In this document: piece after piece, positions 11,669 to 22,307 of the stretch | Position numbering within the stretch: position 1 is the first letter of the stretch | Layout of the letters: every line of letters begins with the position of its first letter | Assembly: GCA_963743305.1 (NCBI GenBank) | Contig: CAVUPH010000008.1 | Location: forward strand, 32,001-96,000 | Reading direction: 5' to 3' | Length of the DNA stretch: 64,000 nucleotides | From: an uncultured delta proteobacterium | Lineage (GTDB): Bacteria; Desulfobacterota; RBG-13-43-22 | Translations under genes and position numbers: made by a program | The notes under the pieces: generated by a model | Databases searched by the model: none | Told to the model about the DNA's origin: nothing | Seen by the model: the letters and a program-made list of their open reading frames with translations, nothing else

Positions 11669-12263
11669 GGGGATCCACAAAAGTATTGAGGTAGTGGCTG
11701 ATGGCCCCATCGTAGCGTTGGGTTAAGTGGAAGACCTTCTTCGCCAGGTAAAATCGGGTGGCGGGAGAAGTCCGGCCGTTGGTTTTTAGTTCCTGAAGCA
11801 CCTGCGGGTAATCGTTCGGATCGGTGAGGACCGTCACCTCCGGATAATTTTTGGCCGCCGCCCGAAGCAGGGCGGGGCCGCCGATATCAATATTTTCGAT
11901 GGCCTCTTCCAAAGAACATCCCGGTTTGGCCACGGTCTTTTCGAAGGCATATAAATTGACCACCAGCAGGTCGATGGGTTCTATATCCAGGGCCCGCATT
12001 TGTTCCCGGTGCCGGGGATCCTGGCGGCGTCCCAATAGACCGCCGTGGATCTTGGGCTGTAGAGTCTTGACGCGCCCGTCCAGGATTTCCGGGAATCCGG
12101 TATAGGCGGAGACCTCTGTTACCGGCAGCTCGGCGGCCTGAAGGGCCTTGGCCGTCCCGCCGGTGGACAGGATCTCAAAATCCAATTGAATCAATTCCCG
12201 GGCGAATTCCACAATCCCGGACTTGTCGGTCACGCTGATCAGCGCTTTGGGGGCAGACGCCAT
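11661..12263 (-). CDS. purH: IMP cyclohydrolase (N-terminal MGS domain of PurH only)
   Basis: [22 protein letters not shown] and ENIDIGGP. Only 200 aa, with no transformylase domain. Confidence 0.9.
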   Translation of the reverse strand: MASAPKALISVTDKSGIVEFARELIQLDFEILSTGGTAKALQAAELPVTEVSAYTGFPEILDGRVKTLQPKIHGGLLGRRQDPRHREQMRALDIEPIDLLVVNLYAFEKTVAKPGCSLEEAIENIDIGGPALLRAAAKNYPEVTVLTDPNDYPQVLQELKTNGRTSPATRFYLAKKVFHLTQRYDGAISHYLNTFVDPHE

Positions 12264-12385
12264 GGTTTTTCCTCTTTAATCCCCACCCGGCAAAACCGGG
12301 GGAATGGTATAGTTCAGCCTGAAAGTTACCGTATCCTATCAAGGATGGGAAACGAGGTCAAGGATAACCGCTGGCAAGAACTCTT

Positions 12386-13156
12386 GTGAAGATGGGGCAA
12401 AAAAAGTATACTTTCCGCATGAAAGAGACAGTCTGGTTGAACCTGGGACTTGTTCCTTATCAGGCCGCCTGGGATCTCCAAAAATTTCTGGTAAACCAAA
12501 AAAAAGCCGACCCCCTTTCCCCGGACTTCTTGATCCTCCTGGAACACCCGCCGGTGTTGACCTTGGGGAGATGGGGGAAATTGGGCAACGTTTTGGTCGA
12601 TCCCCAACGGTTGCAGGCGCTCCACATCGACCTCATCCGCTGCGAGCGGGGAGGCCAGGTAACCTATCACGGCCCCGGGCAGTTGGTCGGCTATCCTGTA
12701 TTCAACTTGAAATCCCTTCGATTAGGAATCCGGGATTACGTTTTTTTACTGGAAGAGGTGCTCATTGGCGCCCTGGCGGATTACGATCTCCAGGCCGGCC
12801 GAAAGGCAGGGTACCCCGGCGTTTGGGTGAAAGGGGAAAAAATTGCCTCTTTGGGTCTGGCAGTGCAAGCGGGTATCGTCTATCACGGCTTTGCCTTGAA
12901 TTACGGCGTTGATCTGGGTCCTTTCCATTGGATTGTCCCCTGCGGGTTGTCCGGGGTTCGAATGACCTCCCTGGAATTGTTGAAGGACGGAAAGATAGAA
13001 GCGCAGGATCTGCGCCGGCGTTTGGCCGGCCATTTTGAAAAAGTTTTCAATGTAAAACTGGTCTCCAGAGAACAGGCCGATGAAAACTTGAAAAAATTGC
13101 TTGAAAATTGTAATAAAAGGCCGATAAGCATTTCAGATGGACCCCATCATCACTGA
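12386..13156 (+). CDS. lipB: Lipoyl(octanoyl) transferase
   Basis: LEHPPVLTLG, RGGQVTYHGPGQLVGYP, KIASLG, HGFALN and VPCG. Confidence 0.95.
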   Translation: MKMGQKKYTFRMKETVWLNLGLVPYQAAWDLQKFLVNQKKADPLSPDFLILLEHPPVLTLGRWGKLGNVLVDPQRLQALHIDLIRCERGGQVTYHGPGQLVGYPVFNLKSLRLGIRDYVFLLEEVLIGALADYDLQAGRKAGYPGVWVKGEKIASLGLAVQAGIVYHGFALNYGVDLGPFHWIVPCGLSGVRMTSLELLKDGKIEAQDLRRRLAGHFEKVFNVKLVSREQADENLKKLLENCNKRPISISDGPHHH

Positions 13157-14105
13157 CGTCCAGACGGGACAGGCGGATCCGACTTCAAGAAGGCGTACTC
13201 CTTTTCAGCCCAAGCCGGCCTGGCTAAAAAAAAGGATGGCCGCCGGGCCGAATATCTTGCGGATAAAAGGGCTTATTCAGCAAGACGGCCTGCATACCGT
13301 TTGCCAGGAAGCACGATGTCCCAACCAGGGCGAATGTTTTTCACAGGGGACCGCCACCTTTCTGCTGATGGGCGACCGCTGTACCCGAAATTGTGCTTTT
13401 TGCGCTGTTTCGCCCGGTCCCCCTAAACCCCTGGAGGCCGATGAACCGGATAGAGTCGCGGCGGCCATCCAAAAGATGGGGATCCAATACGCGGTCTTAA
13501 CCTCGGTCACCCGGGACGACCTTCCGGATGGCGGGGCGGAGCACTTCGGACGGACAGTCCTGGCCATCAGGGAACAGGTCCCCGGGACCACGGTGGAGTG
13601 CCTGATACCCGACTTCCAGGGGCGGGTAGAATCGTTTCAGGGGGTGGCTGAAAGCCGCCCCGCCGTTATTAATCATAATATGGAGACGGTCCCGCGCCTG
13701 TATCCCTTAGTCCGTCCCGGGGCGGATTATCAGCGGTCTCTGTCTCTTTTTAACTTTTTGAGAAATCAGTTCCCCGAGGTATTGACCAAATCCGGGCTGA
13801 TGGTGGGATTAGGAGAGAAGGAGGCTGAAGTCTTGGCCGTCCTCCAGGAACTTAAAAATCAAGGGTGCAACCTGCTGACTATCGGCCAATACCTCCAGCC
13901 CACCCCCGCGCATCTCCCGGTCCGACGTTATGTGCGACCCGCGGAATTTGCCGCCTGGGAGGATAAGGCCCGGAAAATGGGGTTTGAAGGGGTAGCCTCG
14001 GGACCCTTGGTCCGCAGTTCCTACCGGGCCGCCAGCCTTTATTGCCAGGCCCTGTCGGTAAGGGATGATTTGCTCGGCAATAAAAGACCGGGCCTTGAGG
14101 CCTAA
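13137..14105 (+). CDS. lipA: Lipoyl synthase
   Basis: CQEARCPNQGEC, CTRNCAFC and RSSY. Confidence 0.97.
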   Translation: MDPIITDVQTGQADPTSRRRTPFQPKPAWLKKRMAAGPNILRIKGLIQQDGLHTVCQEARCPNQGECFSQGTATFLLMGDRCTRNCAFCAVSPGPPKPLEADEPDRVAAAIQKMGIQYAVLTSVTRDDLPDGGAEHFGRTVLAIREQVPGTTVECLIPDFQGRVESFQGVAESRPAVINHNMETVPRLYPLVRPGADYQRSLSLFNFLRNQFPEVLTKSGLMVGLGEKEAEVLAVLQELKNQGCNLLTIGQYLQPTPAHLPVRRYVRPAEFAAWEDKARKMGFEGVASGPLVRSSYRAASLYCQALSVRDDLLGNKRPGLEA

Positions 14106-14167
14106 GGTCACAATTTGTTGATCCTGCCCTTGGATGACGCTTTTATGTAGTTGAAAAAAGAGAAATT

Positions 14168-14770
14168 ATGGTATCATTACTTCCAGCCAAGGCCTCAGGG
14201 CCTCCAGGCAAACAAATCTTATCCAAACATAGGGAGGAAAATGGAATGGTCCCGGAAAAGATGAAGGCGGTTTTGAAACAAGCGTTTACCAATGGAAAAC
14301 TTGGTTGGCGCCAAGGAGCCCGTCGACCGGCCACCGTGATGACCCTGGGATTGTTTTTTATATTAATGTCCGCGGGACTACTGGCCTGCAGTTCCGGAGC
14401 CGGCAGCAACACCAGCACCGGAGCCACCGGCACAGGCGGATCAGGGGTAGGCTGGTCGGTTAATGTCAAACTCTTTTCCAGCACCCTTTCCCTGGGCAGG
14501 GCGGAATCAACTTCCGTGGTGGTTACGGTCAGGGACGCGGCCGGCTCGCCGGCCCTCAAGGGAACACGTATTTGCCTGTCTACTACCCACGGATTGATTT
14601 TTGTCGATGAATTAGGTAAGGATACGCCGGTGGTTACCGGTTGCGTCAGCACTTCCAATGATATCGGTCAACTACTTGGAACCTACGTTCCACAACAAAC
14701 CGGGACCGACCAGGTGCAGGCCTCCTCCATGGGTGGTTTCGGTTCAGCCACGGTCCAGATTACTTCCTAA
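14168..14770 (+). CDS. Lipoprotein with an Ig-like (Big_1-like) domain; true start probably downstream
   Basis: Lipobox LLAC, a Gly/Ser/Thr linker and VVVTVRDAAGSP. Confidence 0.6.
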   Translation: MVSLLPAKASGPPGKQILSKHREENGMVPEKMKAVLKQAFTNGKLGWRQGARRPATVMTLGLFFILMSAGLLACSSGAGSNTSTGATGTGGSGVGWSVNVKLFSSTLSLGRAESTSVVVTVRDAAGSPALKGTRICLSTTHGLIFVDELGKDTPVVTGCVSTSNDIGQLLGTYVPQQTGTDQVQASSMGGFGSATVQITS

Positions 14771-14799
14771 CCAAATTTCAAAATTGAAGAGGAACTCTT

Positions 14800-14924
14800 G
14801 ATAGATTCTTACATCCATCCTGTTTTGCGAATTTGTCTCTAACAATGGATGTAAGAATCTATCTTTAATTCTGTTGCAATGGTTTTTATTCTAGCCAAAA
14901 ATAGTTGAAATATTTTTGGCTAGA
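14800..14924. repeat. Two AT-rich perfect inverted repeats (19-bp and 14-bp arms)
   Basis: gatagattcttacatccat (14800-14818) pairs with atggatgtaagaatctatc (14845-14863). tctagccaaaaata (14890-14903) pairs with tatttttggctaga (14911-14924). Confidence 0.9.
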
Positions 14925-15091
14925 CTTGAGAGGTCCTCCGTCCCCTTTTTTTAGGCCCCACCCGCCAAACGATTTCCTTGATCTCCTTTCAGACTGAGCC
15001 CCTTCTCCCCGTCGCCCCTAAAATCGTTGGACATTTAAGCAAAATGTTGGGATAATCGGTTTAATTCTTCTACATCATCAGGAGGTGCGCA

Positions 15092-16378
15092 ATGGTAAAA
15101 AGGGGACTGGTAAGTTTATTGATTCTATGGTCCTTTTGGCTGCCGGGGACCGGACCCCCGGTTTCAGCCCAAACCACCGCCGGTCCGGCGATAAACTCTC
15201 CTTCTTCCGGGGCGCCGGGTAAAGAATCCGCGGTCAAGGAAATCTCCCCACCCCCCCCGGGTGGAACAGTCACCATCCAGATCGATAAGACCCAATTGAA
15301 CAACGGGGGAACCCTGAAAGTTTCCGGTACGGCTCCGGCGGGCAAGCCGGTTTACTTGGAGATCTATGCCGAGAAGATGGTCCGGGCCAATTTTTTTGAC
15401 AAGAAACGGGACAAAGATACGGGTCAGGTCCCCTACATCCTTTATCTAACCGATGAGATGCCGGGTTATTATAAAATCATCGTTCCCAGAGACCTCCAGG
15501 GAAGAATCGAGGAGATCAAAAAGGAAGGGAAAAACTGGTCCTTCTCCACGGCTTTAAAGAACCTGGACGCCGATATCGCTTATTCCGCACCGGGTAAAAT
15601 AAAAATCGACAAATATCAGGCCTCCATCCTCTCCAGTATCATCGGCTCACGGGGCGATTTGCTTCCGCCCATGAACGAGAAGGAAAATAAAAAACGCTCC
15701 ATGCAGTTGGCCAAATCCCGGTTTCGAAGTGTGGATAAATTGTTGGCCGCCGCAGTGGAGGTGAATCCCGACGGCACTTACCGCGCCGAGGTTAAAATTC
15801 GGGCCGGCCTCCCCGACGGCGCTTACCGGGTGGTGGCCGTGGCAGGCAAGGACCTGAAAAGCAACCCGGTGGTTTTTGAAAACAAGATCGGCTTTCCCCT
15901 GCTTTATTTAAGCAACGCCGGGACCAGCATCAACCTTTTCTGGCCCTTTTTGCTAACGCTGGCCATTTCCATCTTCGGGGTCTTGATGGGCGCCGGGGGC
16001 GGATTTATCCTTACTCCCCTGTTGCTCCTGATCTGGCCTCTGCCGCATAATGTAGTGGCCGGGACCGTAATGCCGACCGTTTTGTTTTCCCAAGCCTCGG
16101 GAATTTACAACTATTCCAAGATCAAATTCATCAACTGGAAGATAGGTATCATCGTCGGCCTTTCCATGCTGGCCGGCGGCTTCATCGGCCCGAAATTGAC
16201 CGAACTGGTCACCCTGGATCAGTTCAAGTTTGTGTTCGGCTGGATCCTGTTGGTGCTGGCGTCCTTATTGATCTGGCAGACCACCCCGGGATATATGTCC
16301 AAGAATAAAAAGGAGCAGGCCATCCTGCAGGAATTCAAAAAACGGGCGACAGAGGCCGCCAAGGCCAAAAAGGGATAG
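15092..16378 (+). CDS. Exported soluble domain fused to the N-terminal half of a TSUP (TauE/SafE) transporter
   Basis: Signal-like N-terminus and a ~250-aa soluble domain, then GVLMGAGGGFILTP and ~4 TM helices. Confidence 0.8.
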   Translation: MVKRGLVSLLILWSFWLPGTGPPVSAQTTAGPAINSPSSGAPGKESAVKEISPPPPGGTVTIQIDKTQLNNGGTLKVSGTAPAGKPVYLEIYAEKMVRANFFDKKRDKDTGQVPYILYLTDEMPGYYKIIVPRDLQGRIEEIKKEGKNWSFSTALKNLDADIAYSAPGKIKIDKYQASILSSIIGSRGDLLPPMNEKENKKRSMQLAKSRFRSVDKLLAAAVEVNPDGTYRAEVKIRAGLPDGAYRVVAVAGKDLKSNPVVFENKIGFPLLYLSNAGTSINLFWPFLLTLAISIFGVLMGAGGGFILTPLLLLIWPLPHNVVAGTVMPTVLFSQASGIYNYSKIKFINWKIGIIVGLSMLAGGFIGPKLTELVTLDQFKFVFGWILLVLASLLIWQTTPGYMSKNKKEQAILQEFKKRATEAAKAKKG

Positions 16379-16394
16379 AAAGGAGGACCGTTAA

Positions 16395-16787
16395 ATGGAG
16401 GTGGAATTCTGGGGACAAAAATTTAAAATCAATATGGCGATCGGCTGCATCGGTGGTTTCTTGATTGCCATCGTGTCTTCCATGTTCGGGTTCGGCGGCG
16501 GTCCTTTCATGATGCCTCTGATGGCCCTGGGCATGGGGCTGCCTATGTACGTAGTGGTGGGGAGTTCGCTCCTGGCCATCTTTTTCAATACCCTTATGGG
16601 GACCATGCAGCATTTCCGATTCGGCAATTTTGATGGCCTGTTTTTTCTGATCATGTTCCCGGCGGCTATCCTGGGCGGCTATATCGCCCCCCAGATCGCC
16701 AAACGGGTCAGCCCCTTGTGGGTGAAGCGGATTGCCTCTTTGGGGTTGATAGTTCTCGGTTTGACCTTGTTGGGGGTGCTTTTTTAA
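16395..16787 (+). CDS. C-terminal half of a TSUP (TauE/SafE) transporter
   Basis: SMFGFGGGPFMMP, VVGSSL, ~4 TM helices and its own RBS (aaggagg). Confidence 0.85.
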   Translation: MEVEFWGQKFKINMAIGCIGGFLIAIVSSMFGFGGGPFMMPLMALGMGLPMYVVVGSSLLAIFFNTLMGTMQHFRFGNFDGLFFLIMFPAAILGGYIAPQIAKRVSPLWVKRIASLGLIVLGLTLLGVLF

Positions 16788-16880
16788 GCCGCTTTTTAAA
16801 CCAGGGTATCGGGTTCTTTCAGGGCCATAGCCGTCAGAACCCCGGCGTCCGGTCCGGTAAAGGGTAAAGGAAGAATTCGT

Positions 16881-16965
16881 CTTCGCTTTCAGAACCCGCA
16901 ACCGGTTGACCTGGGTAGAGAGCAACAGCTCGCCGATATCATCCAGCAGAACGAAACCGTTTCGC
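16881..16965 (-). pseudogene. Relic fragment of a sigma54 activator AAA+ domain
   Basis: The minus strand reads LLDDIGELLLSTQVNRLRVLKAK, compared with the consensus [22 protein letters not shown]. Confidence 0.6.
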
Positions 16966-17147
16966 TCTAGTCCGGGTTAGGCCAATTTATGCTTGACAAT
17001 CCCCTTTGTTATGCTATTCAGATAGCAAAATATTGCTAGTTCGAAGAGAAATGTTCATCAGAAAGGATTCTCCCGGCAAAGAGGATCATTTCGGTTCGGG
17101 AGGACCACTAACCTTACCTAACCGGTATTTAAGGGGAAAGAGCGCCT

Positions 17148-18020
17148 ATGAGTTTTCAGAAACGATTATCATCAGGAGAGTTTGTGGTATTGGCCGAGAT
17201 GCACACCCCCAAGGGGGTCAACATCTCCCGGCTGGTGATGGACGCCCGTCGGATCAAGGGCAGGGTCGACGCCATCGTCGTCCCGGATATGGATAACGGG
17301 ATCATGCGGATGAGCGCCCTGGCCGGAGGGGTCTTGATGCAGCAGCAGGGCCTCGAAGCGATTATCCATGTCTACTGCCGGGACCGCAACCGTATGGCCC
17401 TCCAGGGCGATATCCTGGCGGCCCATGTGCTCGGCATTCAGAACCTCATCGTGGTCCACAGCGTGGATATCAGCCACAGCGACCACCGGGAGACGAAACC
17501 GGTCGATGACCTGGATGAAATCGGTCTGCTTGGGGCGATCCGGTCTCTCCAGGACGGAAAGGACCTGGCCGGGTTTGATCTCGACGGCAGCCCCAGTTTT
17601 ACCGCCGGAGGCACCATCGCCCTATTCGATGACTCTCAGGCCCTGGAAGAGGAACTGAAGACCGCCCGCAAGAAGATTGAAGCCGGCGCCCGCTTTCTCA
17701 TCACCCCCCCGGTATTCGATCTGGATCGCTTCAGCGATTTCATGTCCAAGGCCCAAACCCTCAAGGTGCCGATCATTCCCACCGTCTTTCTTTTAAAATC
17801 CGTCGCCGTGGCCCGGTACATCGCCAACAGTGAACCGGGCGCCCATATTTCCGAAGAGCTCATACGCCGTATCCGCAAATCGGCGGATCGGGAAAACGAG
17901 GGAATCCGAATTGCCGGAGAGACCATCGCCGCGCTGAAGGGTTTGGCCCAGGGGGTGTTGATCCAGACCCTGGGATGGGAACACCGACTGCCGGCCATTC
18001 TGGACGCGGCCGGTCTCTAA
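17148..18020 (+). CDS. Divergent methylenetetrahydrofolate reductase paralogue (MetF-like)
   Basis: AEMHTPKG, CRDRNRMALQGD and KKIEAGARFLIT. The GD and TQ motifs are altered. Confidence 0.85.
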   Translation: MSFQKRLSSGEFVVLAEMHTPKGVNISRLVMDARRIKGRVDAIVVPDMDNGIMRMSALAGGVLMQQQGLEAIIHVYCRDRNRMALQGDILAAHVLGIQNLIVVHSVDISHSDHRETKPVDDLDEIGLLGAIRSLQDGKDLAGFDLDGSPSFTAGGTIALFDDSQALEEELKTARKKIEAGARFLITPPVFDLDRFSDFMSKAQTLKVPIIPTVFLLKSVAVARYIANSEPGAHISEELIRRIRKSADRENEGIRIAGETIAALKGLAQGVLIQTLGWEHRLPAILDAAGL

Positions 18021-18122
18021 AGGGTTGGCGTTGAACCGGGGGAGCCGGATGGCTCCCTGGCTTCCAAGTTAACTTCTCACCCGGCCCCATGGTGTCCGGG
18101 ACAAAACAAAATAAAGGGTACT

Positions 18123-21100
18123 ATGCAGAATCAAGAAAAATGGCAATCAAACAATAAGGTACTGGTCGTCGGTGGAGGTCTCGGCGGAATACGAACCGCC
18201 CTGGATCTGGCCGAGTCCGGCCGGGATGTGGTTTTGGTCGACAAGGCCTATTCCATCGGCGGTCTGATGACCCAACTCGACCGTACGTTTCCCACCAATA
18301 ATTGCGACCTCTGCACGCTTTCACCTCACCTGTCCGAAAGCGGTCGCCAGCTTCATATCGAACTGCTGACCATGAGTCAGGTGGAAAAAGTGGAAGGTGA
18401 GGCGGGAAATTTCAGCGTAACCCTGACCACCGCCCCCCGCTATATCGATTTAGACAAATGCACGGCCTGTGGGGACTGTTTCAAAAAGTATCCGGAATGT
18501 GTCCGTTTTACCCCGGGACTGGACCATCGGGCGCCTACCTGTATGCGCTACCCCCAGGCCACGCCCCAGGCCTTTTCCATCGATTTGGAGAAATGCCCGG
18601 ATGTGGAGGGCTTGGTTCAGGTCTGTCCGGCCGGGGCCATCGTCATCGACGACACCGAAAAAACCAGCCAAATCGCCTGCGGTTCCATCGTGCTGGCCCC
18701 CGGGGCGGCCCTTTTCGACCCCAGCGGACTGGATAATATCGGCTACACGGATGAGCCGGATGTGGTGACCAGTCTGGAGTATGAACGGATCCTGTCGGCC
18801 TCCGGACCGACCCTGGGTCAACTCGTCAGACCTTCGGACGGCCGGCAGCCTCAAAAAATCGCCTGGATTCAATGCGTCGGATCCCGGGGACTGCAAAACG
18901 GGGCGGCCTCCTACTGTTCCAGCGCCTGCTGCATGTTCGCCCTGAAGGAAGCCATCGTGACCAAGGAACGCTTCCGGGAAAGTATCGAGACCACCATCTT
19001 CTATCATGGACATGCGGACCTCCGGGAAAGACTATGAACGCTACCTGGACCGGGCGAAAAACGAATACGGCGTCCGTCTCGTCCGCTGCCGGCCACACAG
19101 CGTAGTCCGCCATGCCGGGGCCGAAACTCTGTCCGTCTCCTACGTCCTCCAGGACAGCGACCTGCCGCAAGAGGAGGATTTCGACCTGGTGGTGCTTTCC
19201 ACCGGGTTCAAGGTGGCCGAAGATGTCCACGAGCTGGCCCGTCGACCTGGGCCTCGAACTGAACGAGCACCATTTCGCCAAAACCGGAAGCTTCAATCCC
19301 GTGGCCACCTCCAGGCCGGGTATTTACGTCTGCGGTCTTTTCGAAAGCCCGAAAGACATACCGGAAACCATGGTTCAGGCCAGCGCCGCCGCCTGTATGG
19401 CCTCGGCCAATCTACCGGCGGTCACGGCCCCGGCCGATCAGGAAGACCCGTTGCCTCCGGAGCGGGACGTCACCGGCGAAGAAGCCCGGATCGGGGTCTT
19501 CATCTGCGATTGCGGCTACAATATCGGCGGCGTGATCGATGTCCAGACCCTCGCCGAGGAGGCCCGGATCTCTGCCGCAGGTGGCGGTTTCCGAGGTCGT
19601 GGGCCATGGCTGCAGCCGGGAGTCCCTGGAACATATGCAACAAGTCATAGAAACCGAAGGTCTCAACCGGGTGGTGATCGGCGGCTGTTCCCCCCGGACC
19701 CATGAAACCAAGTTTCAAGACACGATCCGCAAGGCCGGGCTCAACCGTTACCTCCTGGAAATCGCCAATATCCGGGATCAGGCCACCTGGGTCCATGCCG
19801 ATCGACCGGGATCGGCCTCCGAAAAGGCCGACCACCTGATCCGGATGGCCGTAAGCAGTGTCCGCCAGGCCCACCCCCTGGTCGATCACCTTTTACCCAT
19901 GAACAAGACGATTCTGGTGGTTGGGGGGGGGGTCACCGGTATGACCGCGGCCCTGAATCTGGCCGAACGGGGGTTTAAGGTGGTCCTGGCCGAGCGGTCG
20001 GCCGGCCTGGGCGGCTTGGCCCAAAACATCCGCCGGACTCTGGAAGGAGAGGATGTCGCCACCTTCATCCGGGAATTGATTGGAAAGGTCGAAGGGCACG
20101 AAAATATCCAGGTCGTCACCCGGGCCATTATCGTGGATCACACCGGGATGCCCGGCATGTTCAAAACCGGCATGCAGGTCGGGCCGCAGATGTTTTACCG
20201 CCAAATAGAACACGGCGTCACCATCCTGGCCACCGGGGCCCTGCCGAACCGGCCCCCGGAATTCCTGCTGGATCAACACCCGGCGGTTCGGACCCAACTG
20301 GAGATTGACGCCCTGATCGAGGATCAGCCGGAAAAGGTCAGGAATTGGGAAAATGTGGTGATGATCCAGTGCGTGGGCTCCCGCTGTCCGGACAACCCCA
20401 ATTGCTCCCGCCTCTGTTGCCAGAGTGCGGTCAAAAATGCCCTGCGGATCCTCGACCTCAATCCGGAAACGCAAATTTTTGTCCTCTATCGCGACATGCG
20501 CACCTATGGATTTCAGGAGGATTATTATCGGCAGGCCCGGGAGCGGGGCGTGATCTTTCGTCCGTTATGAAAGAGAAGAACCGCCCCAGGTGGCGGCCGC
20601 GGGCGACCGGCTTGAGGTCACCTTTCGCGATCCGATCCTGGACCGGACGTTGACCGTCACGGCGGACAGCCTTTGCCTGAGCACCGGATTGGTGGCCGAC
20701 GAGGAAGCCACGGAAGATCTGGCCCTGATTTTTAAGCTGCCGCGGACCGACGACGGCTATTTCCTGGAAGACCACGTCAAGCTCCGGCCGGTCGATCTCC
20801 CGGTCCCCGGCTTTTTCGTGGCCGGTACGGCCCACAGTCCCAAGACCATCCGGGAAAGTGTGACCCAGGCCCAGGCGGTCGCCTCCCGGGCGCAGACCCT
20901 GCTGGCCCGGGAGGTGATTAATCTGGGCGCGGCCGTGGCCCGGGTGGACGGCACCAAATGTGCCGCCTGCCTGATTTGCGTTCGGGCTTGCCCGTTTGAG
21001 ATTCCGTTCATCAACGCCGACGGGTATTCGGAAATCGATCCGGCCACGTGCCACGGCTGCGGCCTTTGTGCGGCCGAATGCCCGGCCAAGGCGATACAAC

Positions 21101-21168
21101 TCCTGCAGTTTGAGGATGACCAGATCCTGGCCAAACTGGAAGGACTCTTGGAAAGGTTGGTGGCTTAA
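18123..21168 (+). CDS. hdrA: Large tandem HdrA-like flavoprotein (~1010 aa); about 4 indels
   Basis: VVGGGLGG, LDRTFPTNNC, CVGSR..CSSACC, IGVFICDCG, a second VGGGVTG, CVGSR..CSRLCC, and a C-terminal 2x[4Fe-4S], spread across ORFs 18123, 19006, 19112, 19539 and 20590. Confidence 0.9.
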
Positions 21169-21608
21169 TGGAAAACTTTGAACCGGTCATCGTGGCCTTC
21201 TGCTGCCACTACTGCGCCTACACGGCGGCGGATATGGCGGGAAGCCAGCGACTCTGTTATCCGGCCAACGTCAAAATTATTCGGGTCCCCTGCTCCGGCA
21301 AGGTGGACGCCATCCATATCGTCAAGGCCTTTGAAAAGGGCGCCGACGGCGTCTACGTGGCCGGCTGTCTGGAAGGAGACTGTCATTTTAAAACCGGGAA
21401 CACCCGGGCGGCGCGCCGGGTGGCGTAGGTCCAAAAACTTCTGGATGAAATCGGAATCGGGGGAGAACGCCTCGAAATGGTCCTGATGTCCGCCGGCATG
21501 GGCGACCGCTTTGCCGAAACGGCCAAGAATATAACGGAAAAAATTCGCCAGTTGGGTCCCAGCCCCATTCATTCCGCTCTCCTCGAGGAGCGGAAGATTG
21601 CCTGTTGA
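21168..21608 (+). CDS. mvhD: MvhD [2Fe-2S] subunit, with an in-frame TAG at 21426-21428
   Basis: FCCHYCAY, RVPCSGKV and GCLEGDCHF. After the TAG the frame continues VQKLLDEIGIGGERLEM...LGPSP to TGA at 21606. Confidence 0.9.
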
Positions 21609-21638
21609 GGCAGCCCAAACGAAGGAGAGTGGAAAACT

Positions 21639-22307
21639 ATGATCACTGCTAACCGAAAACCTTTAGACGAACTGACGGAATACCTCCGGCCCTTCGGGCG
21701 CATTCTTCTCGTCGGCTGCAATGAATGCGTGACGGTCTGCGCGGCCGGCGGACGGAAGGAAGTGGGTCTGTTGGCCTCGGCCCTGCATATGTCCTTCTTA
21801 AAAAGCGGTAAAAACATCGAAATCCGGGAGCATACGCTGGAGCGGCAGTGCGATCCGGAGTACGTGGAGGAACTGGTCCCCCTGATCGACGGGGTGGAGG
21901 CCGTCATGTCCATGGCCTGCGGCTGCGGCGTTCAGGAAGTGGCCCGGCGCTTCAAGGATAAACCGGTTTTCCCCGCCGTCAACACCACCTTCATGGGCGC
22001 CTCGGAACGCCCGGGCGTCTGGGCCGAGCGATGCCAGGGCTGCGGGGATTGTCTCCTCGGGTTGACCGGGGGGATCTGCCCCATTGCCCGGTGTTCCAAA
22101 CGGTTGATGAACGGCCCCTGCGGCGGATCGACCCGGGGGAAATGTGAAATCAGCTCGGAGGTGGACTGCGCCTGGCAGTTGATCTGGGACCGGCTTAAGG
22201 CCTTGGGACTGGAAGACCGATACGAAGATTTTACGCCGGCCAAGGACTGGCGAACAGCCGGTGGCGGTGGTCCGCGAAAGATCATCAGAGAGGATTTGGC
22301 AGAATGA
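21639..22307 (+). CDS. metV: Methylene-THF reductase small Fe-S/Zn subunit
   Basis: GCNECVTVC, ERQCD, ACGCGVQ, CQGCGDC, CPIARCSK..NGPCGG and CAW. Confidence 0.92.
   Translation: MITANRKPLDELTEYLRPFGRILLVGCNECVTVCAAGGRKEVGLLASALHMSFLKSGKNIEIREHTLERQCDPEYVEELVPLIDGVEAVMSMACGCGVQEVARRFKDKPVFPAVNTTFMGASERPGVWAERCQGCGDCLLGLTGGICPIARCSKRLMNGPCGGSTRGKCEISSEVDCAWQLIWDRLKALGLEDRYEDFTPAKDWRTAGGGGPRKIIREDLAE

Noticed and set aside
12264-12385. ZTP riboswitch upstream of purH
   Set aside because: The conserved ZTP motifs are not seen, and the region is a short divergent promoter.
17040-17147. SAM or THF riboswitch upstream of metF'
   Set aside because: No recognisable conserved core by eye. A cmscan run would settle it.
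18123-21608. Selenocysteine in HdrA or MvhD
   Set aside because: The positions that are often Sec are Cys codons here (CDLC, CHYC), and no in-frame TGA was found.
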